Source of the DNA: a virus
Taxonomy: Duplodnaviria; Caudoviricetes
Length of the DNA: 38,518 nt
Reading direction: 5' to 3' (one strand)
Virus record (IMG/VR): IMGVR_UViG_3300027811_000013
Location: 1-38,518 of that record
Made by a program: the position numbers and the translations under genes. Below, one piece after another: positions 17,247 to 26,714 of this stretch. Under the pieces are notes generated by a model. That model had not been told where the DNA came from. It searched no databases and saw only the letters and a list, made by a program, of their open reading frames with translations. Position 1 is the first letter of the stretch. Every line of letters starts with the position of its first letter.

Positions 17247-18773
17247 TTAGCCCTTGGCCACATAGGCGAGCAATTCGTTCACGGACATCTTCCTGATGTC
17301 CGGCTTGCCGCCCGTGTCCGCTGGTGCTGTCGGTTCTCCGCGCTTGCTCACGGCAGGAACGCCGATCTTGCCCTCTATGGCAAGCACGCGCTCGCTTACA
17401 TCGGTGAACTTCTTCACCAACTCGTCGAGCGACTTCTTCAGGTCCTCATGGCTTTTCATGAAGTCCTCTCCGCCTTTGGCCTTGCCTTCAAGGGCTTCCA
17501 CGCGGGCAATCAGTGTCTTGATTGCTGCCTCGTAGTCCTCCTTCTTCGGCTCGGCTGCCTTGGCCGCCTCTGTCGGGGCGGCCTTCGTGTCCGGTTCTTT
17601 TGGCTTGTCCTTTGGCTCCTCTGCCATTGGAGTCACCCCTTTGTCAATGGCCGTCCCATGGGCGACCACTTGACTTGCATCCTTGCCCACGCTATCTGCT
17701 GCGGCGTGGGCGATCTTGCTGCACTTCTCCTTATCTGTCGTCCCTTCACTTTCCTGCTTGGCCCGACATGATGAATACGCATGGGCTAGAACTGTTTTCT
17801 GATGTTCGCTGTAATCTCCGCGGGGTTCAGGTGCTTCAAAGCCGGCATATCGTTCGCCGGCGATCTTGCCTTCCGCAGCCCGCATGACCGTGGCACAATA
17901 GGCTTCCGGGTCGTCCTTATCGCTATTGGACGCCACACATGCAGCGAAATCCTTGAAGCCCGCAAACGGCTTGCTGACGGCATCTAGCAGCCGCGCATTG
18001 ATGTCGGCTACGGCTACATTCGCCTCCACGCCCGCGGCCTCGAGCTTGGCTAGGTACTCGCGGCATTTCGGGCACTTCAGTATCAGCTCCGCAACGGGCA
18101 CGCCCTTCGCCATCGCGGCAACGGCCTTGTCCGTTATCTCAAGCCCGATCTTCCTGTCCGCTGTCATGGTGTCACGCGCCATTGCTTCGACATTAGGCCC
18201 TACCTTGGCCAGCCCTGCCTGTACAATCTGCGCCGTCAAATGACGCACATCATAGTCCGGCGAGTTCATGGCGGCCATGAGCCACGCGCCTTCAGGGCCT
18301 TCTGTCTTGGCCACATAGTTCACCGTCGCGCCTATGTTGGCCGGTGATGCGCCTACCCAGCCCACGGCCCACACGCCAATGTCGCTTATCTTCTTGAAAC
18401 AGCGATCGGCAATGCAGATGCGCTCTTTTGATAGAGGCAGCCCGCGGATGCTGGTCGCGCCTTTCGTTCCGTACTTCTGGATGATGCGCCAGACTTCATC
18501 GTGATATGGAATTTGAGACTCATCACTGTCGTAGATGCCGAACTTTGCTTCAGGACGATTGTCGCGCATGCGCCAGGCGACCGGCTCGCCAATGAACAGG
18601 TCGCTGTGATACCAAGTCATCATCCCATGCTTGACGAACCAGGGCATGACTTTCGGCCACGCATCGGCTGTGATGAACTCGTTTTGCTGGTCCACCATGG
18701 GCGCGTTGATGAAGGCTTCTATGACACGCCCATTAGGCCAGGGCCGTTCATCCTTCCATGCTTCTTCTGGCAT
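17247..18773 (-). CDS. Prohead protease-scaffold fusion
   Basis: N-terminal VDQQNEFI..HSDLFIG..TSIRG..VGSPAN (HK97-type protease); acidic coiled-coil C-terminus. Confidence 0.8.
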   Translation of the reverse strand: MPEEAWKDERPWPNGRVIEAFINAPMVDQQNEFITADAWPKVMPWFVKHGMMTWYHSDLFIGEPVAWRMRDNRPEAKFGIYDSDESQIPYHDEVWRIIQKYGTKGATSIRGLPLSKERICIADRCFKKISDIGVWAVGWVGASPANIGATVNYVAKTEGPEGAWLMAAMNSPDYDVRHLTAQIVQAGLAKVGPNVEAMARDTMTADRKIGLEITDKAVAAMAKGVPVAELILKCPKCREYLAKLEAAGVEANVAVADINARLLDAVSKPFAGFKDFAACVASNSDKDDPEAYCATVMRAAEGKIAGERYAGFEAPEPRGDYSEHQKTVLAHAYSSCRAKQESEGTTDKEKCSKIAHAAADSVGKDASQVVAHGTAIDKGVTPMAEEPKDKPKEPDTKAAPTEAAKAAEPKKEDYEAAIKTLIARVEALEGKAKGGEDFMKSHEDLKKSLDELVKKFTDVSERVLAIEGKIGVPAVSKRGEPTAPADTGGKPDIRKMSVNELLAYVAKG

Positions 18774-19297
18774 CAGCCCACCTCTAACGTACTTGCGCCG
18801 GTTTCGGCGGCGTACTTGGCTTTCGCATCCTCGATACGCGCCACGACCATGTCCTCGATTCTCGGCTCTACTTCCGCCACGGCATCAGCGAGATATGGAT
18901 TGCCTGCTCTCGGCTTGAATGTCGCAGTATGAGCGCGCACACGCACAATCCGCGGCGCGATCGGTTTCCCCCACGCCCACGCTTGCAGGCGCATGTGCGG
19001 CGGCACTTGCACAGTCATGGGCGCTTTCAGGCCGTCGTGAACAATCCTCGCGTAAGGCGTGTGATAGCCAACGACTTCATAATCGCCAAAACGGGCAATG
19101 TTCAAACTGTCCCGCAGGGTTCCGCCCGTGTAGCCCTTCCTGCTCTTGCCCACGGGCACAAGCCGCTGGGATTCCAACGCGATCGCGTCCGCAATGTCGC
19201 TGATGCTGGCCCGATATGCCTCGCGCATTCTGTCGGCCATACCAGCAAAAGCGTTTGCCGCGCCCTCGGCGTTGGTTGAGATCTTAACCGTAATCAT
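18773..19297 (-). CDS. Neck/tail completion protein (HK97 gp10-like)
   Basis: LVPV..TGGTLRDSL..PYARIVHDG..NPYLADAV. Confidence 0.75.
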   Translation of the reverse strand: MITVKISTNAEGAANAFAGMADRMREAYRASISDIADAIALESQRLVPVGKSRKGYTGGTLRDSLNIARFGDYEVVGYHTPYARIVHDGLKAPMTVQVPPHMRLQAWAWGKPIAPRIVRVRAHTATFKPRAGNPYLADAVAEVEPRIEDMVVARIEDAKAKYAAETGASTLEVG

Positions 19298-19298
19298 G

Positions 19299-21632
19299 TC
19301 AGCCTCCACCGGCCTTCATGTAAGAGGCCGGTTTCCGCGCCCAGGCGCATCGACAGTTAGGGCCGTGGATTGTCCCGTCACCGCCTATGTTGCGCATCTC
19401 GGAGAATGTGTACGGATTTCCATGGAACGCCTTGAGCAGCCCGTTCACTTCAATCGTTCCGCCCTCGGCCACGGCGCGGCAATGTTCGCACACGCGCTCG
19501 TCACGCGCTATCACCAGCTCATATCGGTCTTCCGGCGCACCCACCTTGGTCCACCGATTCATGCGGGCCAGGTTCGTTATCCTGGTCGTCTCTGTTCTGG
19601 CGATTCGGCTCAGCTCCCAGGGCGTCTTGTCCAGAAAGTCGGCCAGCTCTTTCTTCAGGTCGCCCAGGGCCAAGCCTTCCGGGCTTTTCTCTGCGCGCTG
19701 GAACACCTCGATTATCATGGCCCGCTGTTTCTTGCTGTAGTTGTCTAGGGCCACTATCATGCCGTGAGGATCGCGCGATAGATAATCAAGCGCGTCCTCG
19801 TCCACTTGCTGAAACGCTGGGTCCCAGCCTTCCTTGGACGCCTCGCGTTCAAGCACTTCCTGGTAGTAACTGCGCTCGAACGCCAGGGCTTCGCGGGCCA
19901 GCTTTGTCTCCAGGTCGGTCATGGCCTGGTTGATGGCTGTTTGCAGTTGCGCTTGTGTCGTGGCCGCGGCGATCTTGCGCGCCACGGTCGCCTGAATATC
20001 GGCCATCTTCGCGTCCAGTTCCCGTTCGGCCTTGCTTATGCCCGCAGGTACTTCGCCCTTGGGCAAGTCCCTTGGTGTCAAGTGCTTCTTGACACCTTTA
20101 TGAACACTGAGCCCGCCGAGTCCCGGCGCGACACCAGGGCCAAGGTCCTCAACCGTGACTTCCTCTGTCGGCTCTACCAACGGATTCGGCGGGCTGACCT
20201 CACCTGGGCGTACCGTGTCTGGTGCGGGGGGAGAAAATGGAACACCAGGCAACGGTCGTACCGGCTCGGCCTCCTTCCAACCAAGTATTTCGATTTCGCC
20301 GTCCTTGTCCAAGCGGGCGATCGCGCCACAGTCTTGGAGCTGCTTCAGCGTCTGGGCCTGCAAGCTCTCTATCTGTGCCTTGCGCAACAGGTCGTCCTTC
20401 TTGGGCGATTTCAGCACGAACTCAAAGCTCTTGATTTCCTTGAATAGGGACAGGATGCGTGTGTTGAAGAACTCCTCGATGTCGGCCTGGTCTTCCTCAA
20501 TCGTGTCGTAGCTGGCTTCCATGATTTCCGTCTCTTTGCCCAGCTTGCCTGGTGTCTGGATGCCCAGCATGGTCAGCGACACGCCGAAGTTTATTCCGAT
20601 CGCCTCCCGATAAAACTGAGCCAGATTCACGGCGTCCAGGTCAACCAGGGAATCAAGCAGGTCGATGACTTGTGGCGGCTCTGTCACGCCAATGACGAGG
20701 TTCTTGCGGATGTATGGCTTGTCCTGCTTCTGCGCCGTGATTTCGCCGAACATGGCGTTGACATCACCTTGGCTCATTTTGGGACAGGCGATAATCTTGT
20801 CCGCGCTGGTGTTATTCGCGTAGGCGCTGAACTGGTAGCGCTCCATCCACCGCAGGATCTGTGCGATGTACCACACGCGCTCCACCGTGCTGAACCCACG
20901 CTTGCGCCCGCCATAGGCCCGCGGCTGATGATGCACGATTTCGCCATGTGTCCAACGGGCCACTACCTTGTCGCCGTCGTCCACCATGGCCCACACGGTT
21001 TCCACGATCGGGCCGCCACATTCACGGCACGCCATCTCGCCCTCGCCGTAGATTGTGTCCGGCTTGTAACACTTGGGACAGAACAGTTGCTTTGGCTTGT
21101 CGGGCATACGCTCGCGCATGTACTCGCTCGGCAGCGGATACAGCTGTGTGGGCCGGCCAAGCACATCCGGCAAGACCTCAATGAACGCATCCGCCGTCAC
21201 GATATGATACCAGGCCACACTCTTGATGACATCCTTCATCGGGAAGGCAACCTGGTCATGCCCGTCATCGTTAGGCTTCTCGAACAACGCCTTGATGCCC
21301 TTGATGCCGGTGAGCTCGGCCTTCTCAAGCGCTTCGCGCTGTGTGTTATCTATGCCTTCCTTGAGCGCGAACTCATAGCCTTCCCGCGTTACTTCAGTCA
21401 CGCGTCTGTCGATGGCCGTTCCGACCATCCATTCCTTGGTGACAAGCGACACAAGTTCCTTCGGATTCCTCAGCGGGACAAGAAAGCCGTCCTTCTCCCG
21501 CGCGCCGATCGCGGTGGATGTCTTGGCTTCCCCTCGCTTGGCTTTGTCCAACCAATCTCGCGATTGGCCTACCGGCTGTGCAGTACTCTTGGCCACGCCG
21601 AGAGCCCGCCAAAATCCATCTAGAAGGCCCAT
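19299..21632 (-). CDS. Portal protein fused to MuF/gp7-like head morphogenesis domain
   Basis: Portal motifs DAFIEV..GRPTQLYPLPS..EIVH..GFS.VE..FGVS..LG; C-terminal RIARTET..DERVCEHC..HGPNCRC. Confidence 0.88.
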   Translation of the reverse strand: MGLLDGFWRALGVAKSTAQPVGQSRDWLDKAKRGEAKTSTAIGAREKDGFLVPLRNPKELVSLVTKEWMVGTAIDRRVTEVTREGYEFALKEGIDNTQREALEKAELTGIKGIKALFEKPNDDGHDQVAFPMKDVIKSVAWYHIVTADAFIEVLPDVLGRPTQLYPLPSEYMRERMPDKPKQLFCPKCYKPDTIYGEGEMACRECGGPIVETVWAMVDDGDKVVARWTHGEIVHHQPRAYGGRKRGFSTVERVWYIAQILRWMERYQFSAYANNTSADKIIACPKMSQGDVNAMFGEITAQKQDKPYIRKNLVIGVTEPPQVIDLLDSLVDLDAVNLAQFYREAIGINFGVSLTMLGIQTPGKLGKETEIMEASYDTIEEDQADIEEFFNTRILSLFKEIKSFEFVLKSPKKDDLLRKAQIESLQAQTLKQLQDCGAIARLDKDGEIEILGWKEAEPVRPLPGVPFSPPAPDTVRPGEVSPPNPLVEPTEEVTVEDLGPGVAPGLGGLSVHKGVKKHLTPRDLPKGEVPAGISKAERELDAKMADIQATVARKIAAATTQAQLQTAINQAMTDLETKLAREALAFERSYYQEVLEREASKEGWDPAFQQVDEDALDYLSRDPHGMIVALDNYSKKQRAMIIEVFQRAEKSPEGLALGDLKKELADFLDKTPWELSRIARTETTRITNLARMNRWTKVGAPEDRYELVIARDERVCEHCRAVAEGGTIEVNGLLKAFHGNPYTFSEMRNIGGDGTIHGPNCRCAWARKPASYMKAGGG

Positions 21633-21679
21633 TGGTTCTTCAACGGCGCTTGTCGTATTTCAAAACTACGGTACTGAGG

Positions 21680-21868
21680 TTACTTTTCGTCATTCAGCAA
21701 AAGAGTCCCGTGAAAGTCAATTCCCTTGGCCTTAGCGAGTTGATTGCATAGCTTGACAAGATGCTCCCGATTGACATAGGCCAAGTTGCCAATCTCGCCG
21801 CGAATGCCGGCCATGAGGGCCAGTTCACGGGCCAGTTCATCTCGATTCTTGTGCTTGACTCGCGCCAT
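21680..21868 (-). CDS. Small hypothetical protein
   Basis: 62 aa, GGAGG SD. Confidence 0.6.
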   Translation of the reverse strand: MARVKHKNRDELARELALMAGIRGEIGNLAYVNREHLVKLCNQLAKAKGIDFHGTLLLNDEK

Positions 21869-21919
21869 CGAATTCCTCCAATATCGCCACGACCTTGCGC
21901 GGACTTTGCTGTGGACCGG

Positions 21920-22087
21920 TCATAGACAGTTCCCCCACTTCTTCCCGCATCTAGGACAGTAACCTGGTTCGGCCGTCGTTGGGCTCACATATCCACAGCA
22001 GGCGCAAACCCACACCTCTCCGACAATGAATGACTGGGCCGCGCTGGCACAGTGTCCATTCGTGCATTGCTCTTTCTCGTCGCTCAT
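21920..22087 (-). CDS. Rubredoxin-like Zn-ribbon protein
   Basis: WVCACCGY..PGYCPRCG. Confidence 0.65.
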   Translation of the reverse strand: MSDEKEQCTNGHCASAAQSFIVGEVWVCACCGYVSPTTAEPGYCPRCGKKWGNCL

Positions 22088-22323
22088 GCTACCTTCCTCC
22101 CGTATTCGGGCCGGCGATAGGCTGGCCCGCCGCCCAGGCCGTCCATCCACTTCTTGCTAGACCTGAGATACCTGCCGCTTTGGCTGGTCTTGCCCTTGAA
22201 CCCAGGCGGGCACAGCCGCTTGCAGATCTTCTCACCGTCGTACTTCGCGAAGTCTGCAAAGCTCTTGAAGGTTCCGCATTCTACGGGCGTACCGTCCGGC
22301 ATTTTGTCGCGCCAACACTGCAT
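22084..22323 (-). CDS. Small Cys-containing protein
   Basis: MQCWRDK start after GGAGGTG; ATGA overlap downstream. Confidence 0.5.
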   Translation of the reverse strand: MQCWRDKMPDGTPVECGTFKSFADFAKYDGEKICKRLCPPGFKGKTSQSGRYLRSSKKWMDGLGGGPAYRRPEYGRKVA

Positions 22324-22451
22324 CGAAACACCTCCGTGTCCGGCTCCATCGGGTCTATGATGCAATCATCCTCGTCGTCGCTGAACAGACATTCACCTTC
22401 TTTATTGAAGGGGCACCAGGACTTGTCACAGCTTTTCGCGCACAGTGTCAT
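22281..22451 (-). CDS. Small Cys-rich protein
   Basis: MTLCAKSCDKSWCPFNKEGEC; AGGAGG SD. Confidence 0.45.
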   Translation of the reverse strand: MTLCAKSCDKSWCPFNKEGECLFSDDEDDCIIDPMEPDTEVFRCSVGATKCRTVRP

Positions 22452-22692
22452 GCTTTGCCTCCTTGTGCAATCCCAACTTGCAGACTTGGGTGTGCACTGC
22501 CCCAGCGCTGCGACCATAGTGCTGAAGGAAATAATCATTGACCGCTTTCGTGTCCGCGATTGGATAGTACTTCTTGAGAACGGCGACCTCTTCCTCGCTC
22601 CATGGCGGCGCGTTCCTGTCGGGCGCGTTCTCCAGTTCAGGCACGACTATGTCTTCCCATAATTGTTCCTTTGGCTTGTGTCCTTTGCCCAT
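22426..22692 (-). CDS. Myb/SANT-like HTH protein
   Basis: PWSEEEVAVLKKYY..GRSAGAVHTQVCKLGL. Confidence 0.7.
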   Translation of the reverse strand: MGKGHKPKEQLWEDIVVPELENAPDRNAPPWSEEEVAVLKKYYPIADTKAVNDYFLQHYGRSAGAVHTQVCKLGLHKEAKHDTVREKL

Positions 22693-22713
22693 GTGATACC
22701 TCCCGATCTTCCT

Positions 22714-23532
22714 TCAGTCCTTGAACACCTTGATGCTCGGCACACGCGGTTCGGCCTGGAAATCGGAATCGTATGTCCCGTCATCGTTGGTGTCAATAAC
22801 CAGCCAGCCGATCTCAGGCGGTGTGATGATGCCCTTCATCACCTCATACGGCGTCGGACCTTCCCAGGCCGGCAGCACGAAGCCGTGACTGTGGCTGTAT
22901 CCCACCTCCACATAGAAGTGAATGTGGCTTCGTATCACTATGTCCACATGCCCGTACTTCTTCCTGCTGTCGTTCAGCTTGAGCAGAACCATGTCTCGCG
23001 CCAAGGGCGTTGTCAAGTACTGCCATGTGGCCTTGCTCGGCGGTATGAAGTGCTGCACATGAAACCTGAGCCCGGACTTGGCATCTTCCTGGATGAACCG
23101 CGGCTCGTATTCGGCTTCTACGGGCCGGCCCAGCTTCGGGTTCATCATCTGGTCGGCCACATACTGGTCCAGGTTCAGGTTCTCCTCGACATGGTAGTTG
23201 CTCCCGCGGCTGATGCGGAACTTGTTGCATCTCAGTGTCTTGAGCAGCGCCACGGCGTTCATGGCTTGGGCGCGCTTGTCCGTCGTCCACTGGTTCAGGC
23301 CCTCGGCCTTACGCTGCGGGCCGTCACAACATTCGCCGTTCACTATGACCAGGTCGATTTTGCCCAGTGTGTCGCGCATCTCCCACCAGTCGTCCAAGAT
23401 CCTGCGCTGATTCCTGTTCGGCTTTACCTCGTTCTCGTCTCCGCTTTGAACATCCTTGATGATGCCCCTTTCCAGCATGACAGCGGACCAGCTGCCCATG
23501 TGGATGTCACCGATTCCTAGCACCCGTGTCAT
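22714..23532 (-). CDS. Calcineurin-like metallophosphoesterase
   Basis: GDIH, NGECCDG, GSNYH, H and SHIH metal-binding motifs. Confidence 0.85.
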   Translation of the reverse strand: MTRVLGIGDIHMGSWSAVMLERGIIKDVQSGDENEVKPNRNQRRILDDWWEMRDTLGKIDLVIVNGECCDGPQRKAEGLNQWTTDKRAQAMNAVALLKTLRCNKFRISRGSNYHVEENLNLDQYVADQMMNPKLGRPVEAEYEPRFIQEDAKSGLRFHVQHFIPPSKATWQYLTTPLARDMVLLKLNDSRKKYGHVDIVIRSHIHFYVEVGYSHSHGFVLPAWEGPTPYEVMKGIITPPEIGWLVIDTNDDGTYDSDFQAEPRVPSIKVFKD

Positions 23533-23571
23533 GTTCTCATGCCTCGCGTCTGTGCAATTTCTGATAGTCCA

Positions 23572-23592
23572 TATTTAAAACATTTACATTTC
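23572..23592 (-). promoter_or_regulatory. Putative archaeal-type TATA box
   Basis: TTTAAATA (23579-23572) preceded by an A-rich segment, ~40 nt upstream of the phosphoesterase start, in an otherwise GC-rich genome. Confidence 0.45.
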
Positions 23593-23599
23593 CTGCACA

Positions 23600-25015
23600 T
23601 CATACGCCCTCACCTCGCATCAACGCGCCAAAGTCTACCCACACACCGCCGAACTTCTGGCCGCCTGTAGCTATCCATTCATGCACGCTCAGCTCGAGCG
23701 CGTCCAAGATGTCGTCGTGCGCTCCCCTGGGAAATTGTAGGTATTCCTCCAGGAAATCGTGCTGGCCGCGGCTCACCATTATCTTGCCGTTCTGGAAGTG
23801 CGGCGACAGGGCCAACATGCGCGTCACCTTGTCCTTCACGGTCTTGACTCCAACGATCGGCATGTTGCTCACGGCCTTGGCCGCCTGCACTATGCTCGCC
23901 TGGTAAGCGTTCTCCTCCACGAAGATCTTCTGCGCTCCCCACACGCGCTGCCACTTGGCTATCTCCTGCAGCAGCTCGGGGAAATCGACATGGCCCTTCC
24001 AGGCTTGCAGGACATAGATGTTGCCCGTCGGCTTGTCCCGCCCGCTTACCACGATCGCGCTGAAGTCGGCTGTGTTGCTCTTGCTTATCGCTGGGTCAAC
24101 ACCGAACCGTATCTCAAGCGGCTCGGGATGGTCCTCGTAGAAGTGCAGCCATTCCTCCTTGAGCAGCTCGCCGGTCAAGGGCGTTGGGTCGTTCATGTAT
24201 TCCGCGCTCCAGTAGATTGGCCCAAGGGCCATGCGTATCCGTTGCAGCGCGTCCCAAGGATAGCGCTCAGGCCACAGAACCTTATGCTCCGCCTCGTTCA
24301 GGATGGCCTGGCGCTTGAGTACCTTGAAGTCGCCGCCCTTCTGCAAGTCCGCGTACAGGTCGGCGTAATGCTTGGTCGTGCCTTGTACCAAGATCTGTCC
24401 GTCCATGTCTAGACAGTTAATCAGCTCCTTGAAGAACCAGCGCTCTATGGTCTCTCGCGTGGTCTTGCTCATGGCGTCGTCTGTGTCAAACAGGTCGTCG
24501 GCCAAGATGAGGTCGTTCTTCCTGCCGGTCACAGATCCTCCCCAGCCTTCGGCGGCCACGGTCGGGTCCTTCAGGTTCTTGGAACGCTTGACTATGATGC
24601 TGTGGCCCGCCTCCTTCATCAAGGGCGCGAGATTGAAGTCCCGCTGCAGGCCCTCGTTCAGCATAATCTCCTGCTTGATGGGACTGATGAACTCGGCGGC
24701 CAAGCTGTCGCTCTGTGTGACCACCAGGATGCGTATGTTCGGGTTCTTGCAGATGCGCCACAGCCCATAGTCCACCACCATGGTCTCCGTCTTGCCGTGC
24801 GTTCTCGGCTCTAGGATGAGCGCCCAACGATTGGCCTCGGCAAAGTCTACCATCTCCTGCTGATGCCAAGGCGTGTCCCGGTCGCGGTAGTACTTCCTGA
24901 AGAAGGCGAACGACTTGAGGGCCTTCTTCTTGTTCAGTATGGTATCAGCATCACGCAGGCCCTGGGCGGTTGCGGCATAGTGTTCGGGCTTGGCTGTCGC
25001 CTTCTTGGATGTCAT
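23600..25015 (-). CDS. terL: Terminase large subunit
   Basis: Walker A EPRTHGKT, Walker B LILADD, GTT coupling motif, nuclease FGVDPA..DFSA..HDDILDA. Confidence 0.95.
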   Translation of the reverse strand: MTSKKATAKPEHYAATAQGLRDADTILNKKKALKSFAFFRKYYRDRDTPWHQQEMVDFAEANRWALILEPRTHGKTETMVVDYGLWRICKNPNIRILVVTQSDSLAAEFISPIKQEIMLNEGLQRDFNLAPLMKEAGHSIIVKRSKNLKDPTVAAEGWGGSVTGRKNDLILADDLFDTDDAMSKTTRETIERWFFKELINCLDMDGQILVQGTTKHYADLYADLQKGGDFKVLKRQAILNEAEHKVLWPERYPWDALQRIRMALGPIYWSAEYMNDPTPLTGELLKEEWLHFYEDHPEPLEIRFGVDPAISKSNTADFSAIVVSGRDKPTGNIYVLQAWKGHVDFPELLQEIAKWQRVWGAQKIFVEENAYQASIVQAAKAVSNMPIVGVKTVKDKVTRMLALSPHFQNGKIMVSRGQHDFLEEYLQFPRGAHDDILDALELSVHEWIATGGQKFGGVWVDFGALMRGEGV

Positions 25016-25818
25016 CGACCCACCACATCCTTGAGCCACACGCGCTCATGCTGCCACGCGGGCTTACCTATGTCATGCTCGGCTTCCAGCAGGTCATCAT
25101 AGATTCCGGGCAAGGCGCGGGCGATCTTGGCCACGGTGTGCGGCTTGTGAACCGGACACCACTTGCAGCCCGACACACCGAACAGCTTGTACCCTTCGTG
25201 CATCTCGATGCCGTTCCGCATGAGGTACAGCCAAATCTCAGGCGTGGTCCAGTCCAAGATCGGGTACACCAAGGTGCAGCCTATCATTTCGTTGTCCGGC
25301 CTCGAGTATCGCCCGCCATACTTGGCCGCGCCGCGTGGCCCATAGACCACGGCCCTGTGCGCGCTGTCGAACTGTCTCACGCCCACTAGCTTGTACAGCG
25401 GCTCTTTCCCCCAGACCTTGCGGATGTACACGCGCCCAGGGCGCTGCTTGCACCATATCGAACACCAACGGTTCGCCTTGCTTGGGAAGTAGCCGTAGTA
25501 TCTGATATAGTCCACCAGGTTCACCACTTGGTCAGGGATGGTCCTGTGCTTCACGCGGTCGCGCTCAGGATGGCTAACATGCAGCCTGAGCCCGAACTCC
25601 TTGCAGCGCTCGCGCACATACGGCAGCGTGCTTGGCAGCTCGAAGCCGGCGTCCATGTACATGCACTCCACATTGTCCGTCACCTTGAGCGCCAAGAGCA
25701 GGCACACAAGGCTGTCCTTGCCGCCGCTGAAGTTGACAATCAACGGCCTGTCTCCCTGGAGATACGCCTCGGGGATGCAGCCGCGCAAGATCTGTTCACC
25801 CCAACGGGCCTTGTCCAT
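25012..25818 (-). CDS. PAPS reductase-family (PP-loop, Fe-S) protein
   Basis: VNFSGGKDS, DAGFELP, RWCSIWCK, GVRQFDSAHR, PILDWT, GCKWCP. Confidence 0.9.
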   Translation of the reverse strand: MDKARWGEQILRGCIPEAYLQGDRPLIVNFSGGKDSLVCLLLALKVTDNVECMYMDAGFELPSTLPYVRERCKEFGLRLHVSHPERDRVKHRTIPDQVVNLVDYIRYYGYFPSKANRWCSIWCKQRPGRVYIRKVWGKEPLYKLVGVRQFDSAHRAVVYGPRGAAKYGGRYSRPDNEMIGCTLVYPILDWTTPEIWLYLMRNGIEMHEGYKLFGVSGCKWCPVHKPHTVAKIARALPGIYDDLLEAEHDIGKPAWQHERVWLKDVVGR

Positions 25819-26356
25819 TGGCCTCCACCTCCAGCGTCTTGGCCTTGTCCAGGATGAACCGCTGCCATTCTTCAGGCACGCCCTCAAGCAGGTCCACCAG
25901 CACGACAGCCAAGTCCTGGCGCGTCATGTTCACTTGCACCATGCTGCCAGGTTCGGCGATAATCCCTATGCCGCCTGGCTTGAGATAGTCTAGCTGCACC
26001 TTGGCCATGCGATACAGCTGAGCGCCAATGTGGCCTATCCCCTTGAGCCGCACAGTGGCCGGCTGGTCCTTGTCATCCGCGATCGCCCGCGCTCGGTCTA
26101 CCAGATCGCCCAAGGCCATCAGGATGCGTTGCAGGGCCTCTTGCGCCGCCGCTGCACCTAGCTTGAATGCGGGGTCAGCCTTCAGCTCTGCCAAGTCTCG
26201 CGCCGCTGTGCTGTGGCTGCATTTCATCCTTGCGGCTATCTCATCCACCGTGTAGCCGCGAACCCACAGCGCCTTGACATTGAGCCGCCTGGCTACGGCC
26301 TTGTAGCTCGGCGCTCGTATTCTTTGGATGGCGCGTGTTTCTGTTTCCGGTGTCAT
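25796..26356 (-). CDS. terS: Terminase small subunit (HTH)
   Basis: N-terminal HTH GYTVDEIAARMKCSHSTAARDL, helical oligomerisation region, position upstream of terL. Confidence 0.7.
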   Translation of the reverse strand: MTPETETRAIQRIRAPSYKAVARRLNVKALWVRGYTVDEIAARMKCSHSTAARDLAELKADPAFKLGAAAAQEALQRILMALGDLVDRARAIADDKDQPATVRLKGIGHIGAQLYRMAKVQLDYLKPGGIGIIAEPGSMVQVNMTRQDLAVVLVDLLEGVPEEWQRFILDKAKTLEVEANGQGPLG

Positions 26357-26367
26357 TTTGACTCAAA

Positions 26368-26553
26368 TCAATCGACAGTCGCCGTAACCGTTGTAGGTCC
26401 AACGCCGTTGATTCCTTCAAGGTCCGCCCATGCCTTGATGTACACGACTTCGCCCGCCGGGAAGCCCTCCATCTTGGCCATGGCGATCTTGTGCGGCCTT
26501 CGCTTCAGCGCGCCTCTGCACAGCTTGAACACAAGTGTTCTGGTACTCCACAT
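26368..26553 (-). CDS. Small hypothetical protein
   Basis: AGGAGG SD before MWSTRT. Confidence 0.45.
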   Translation of the reverse strand: MWSTRTLVFKLCRGALKRRPHKIAMAKMEGFPAGEVVYIKAWADLEGINGVGPTTVTATVD

Positions 26554-26714
26554 CTCAGGTTCCTCCTGTACTTGCACTTCTTCCGAAAGTCCGGGCCGCC
26601 TATGACCAGGACTTGCATCATCTTCTCTAGCCAGTACTTCCCCCGCTTCGGCTGCTGCTTTGTCATGCCTCGCCTCCTTCTCTCTTTGGTGTCACCTTTC
26701 TCTCTTACGGCGGC

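Noticed and set aside
16134-17771. 545-aa plus-strand ORF and other long antisense ORFs (8617-9396, 9584-10432, 20670-21623, 22663-23520, 29361-30131, 36360-37166)
   Set aside because: They lie opposite well-supported minus-strand genes, have no recognisable motifs and are expected shadows of codon bias in GC-rich DNA.
25012-25818. Auxiliary metabolic cysH for sulfate assimilation, or a full dnd operon
   Set aside because: No other sulfur-assimilation or dnd/ssp genes are recognisable, and the context is the packaging operon.
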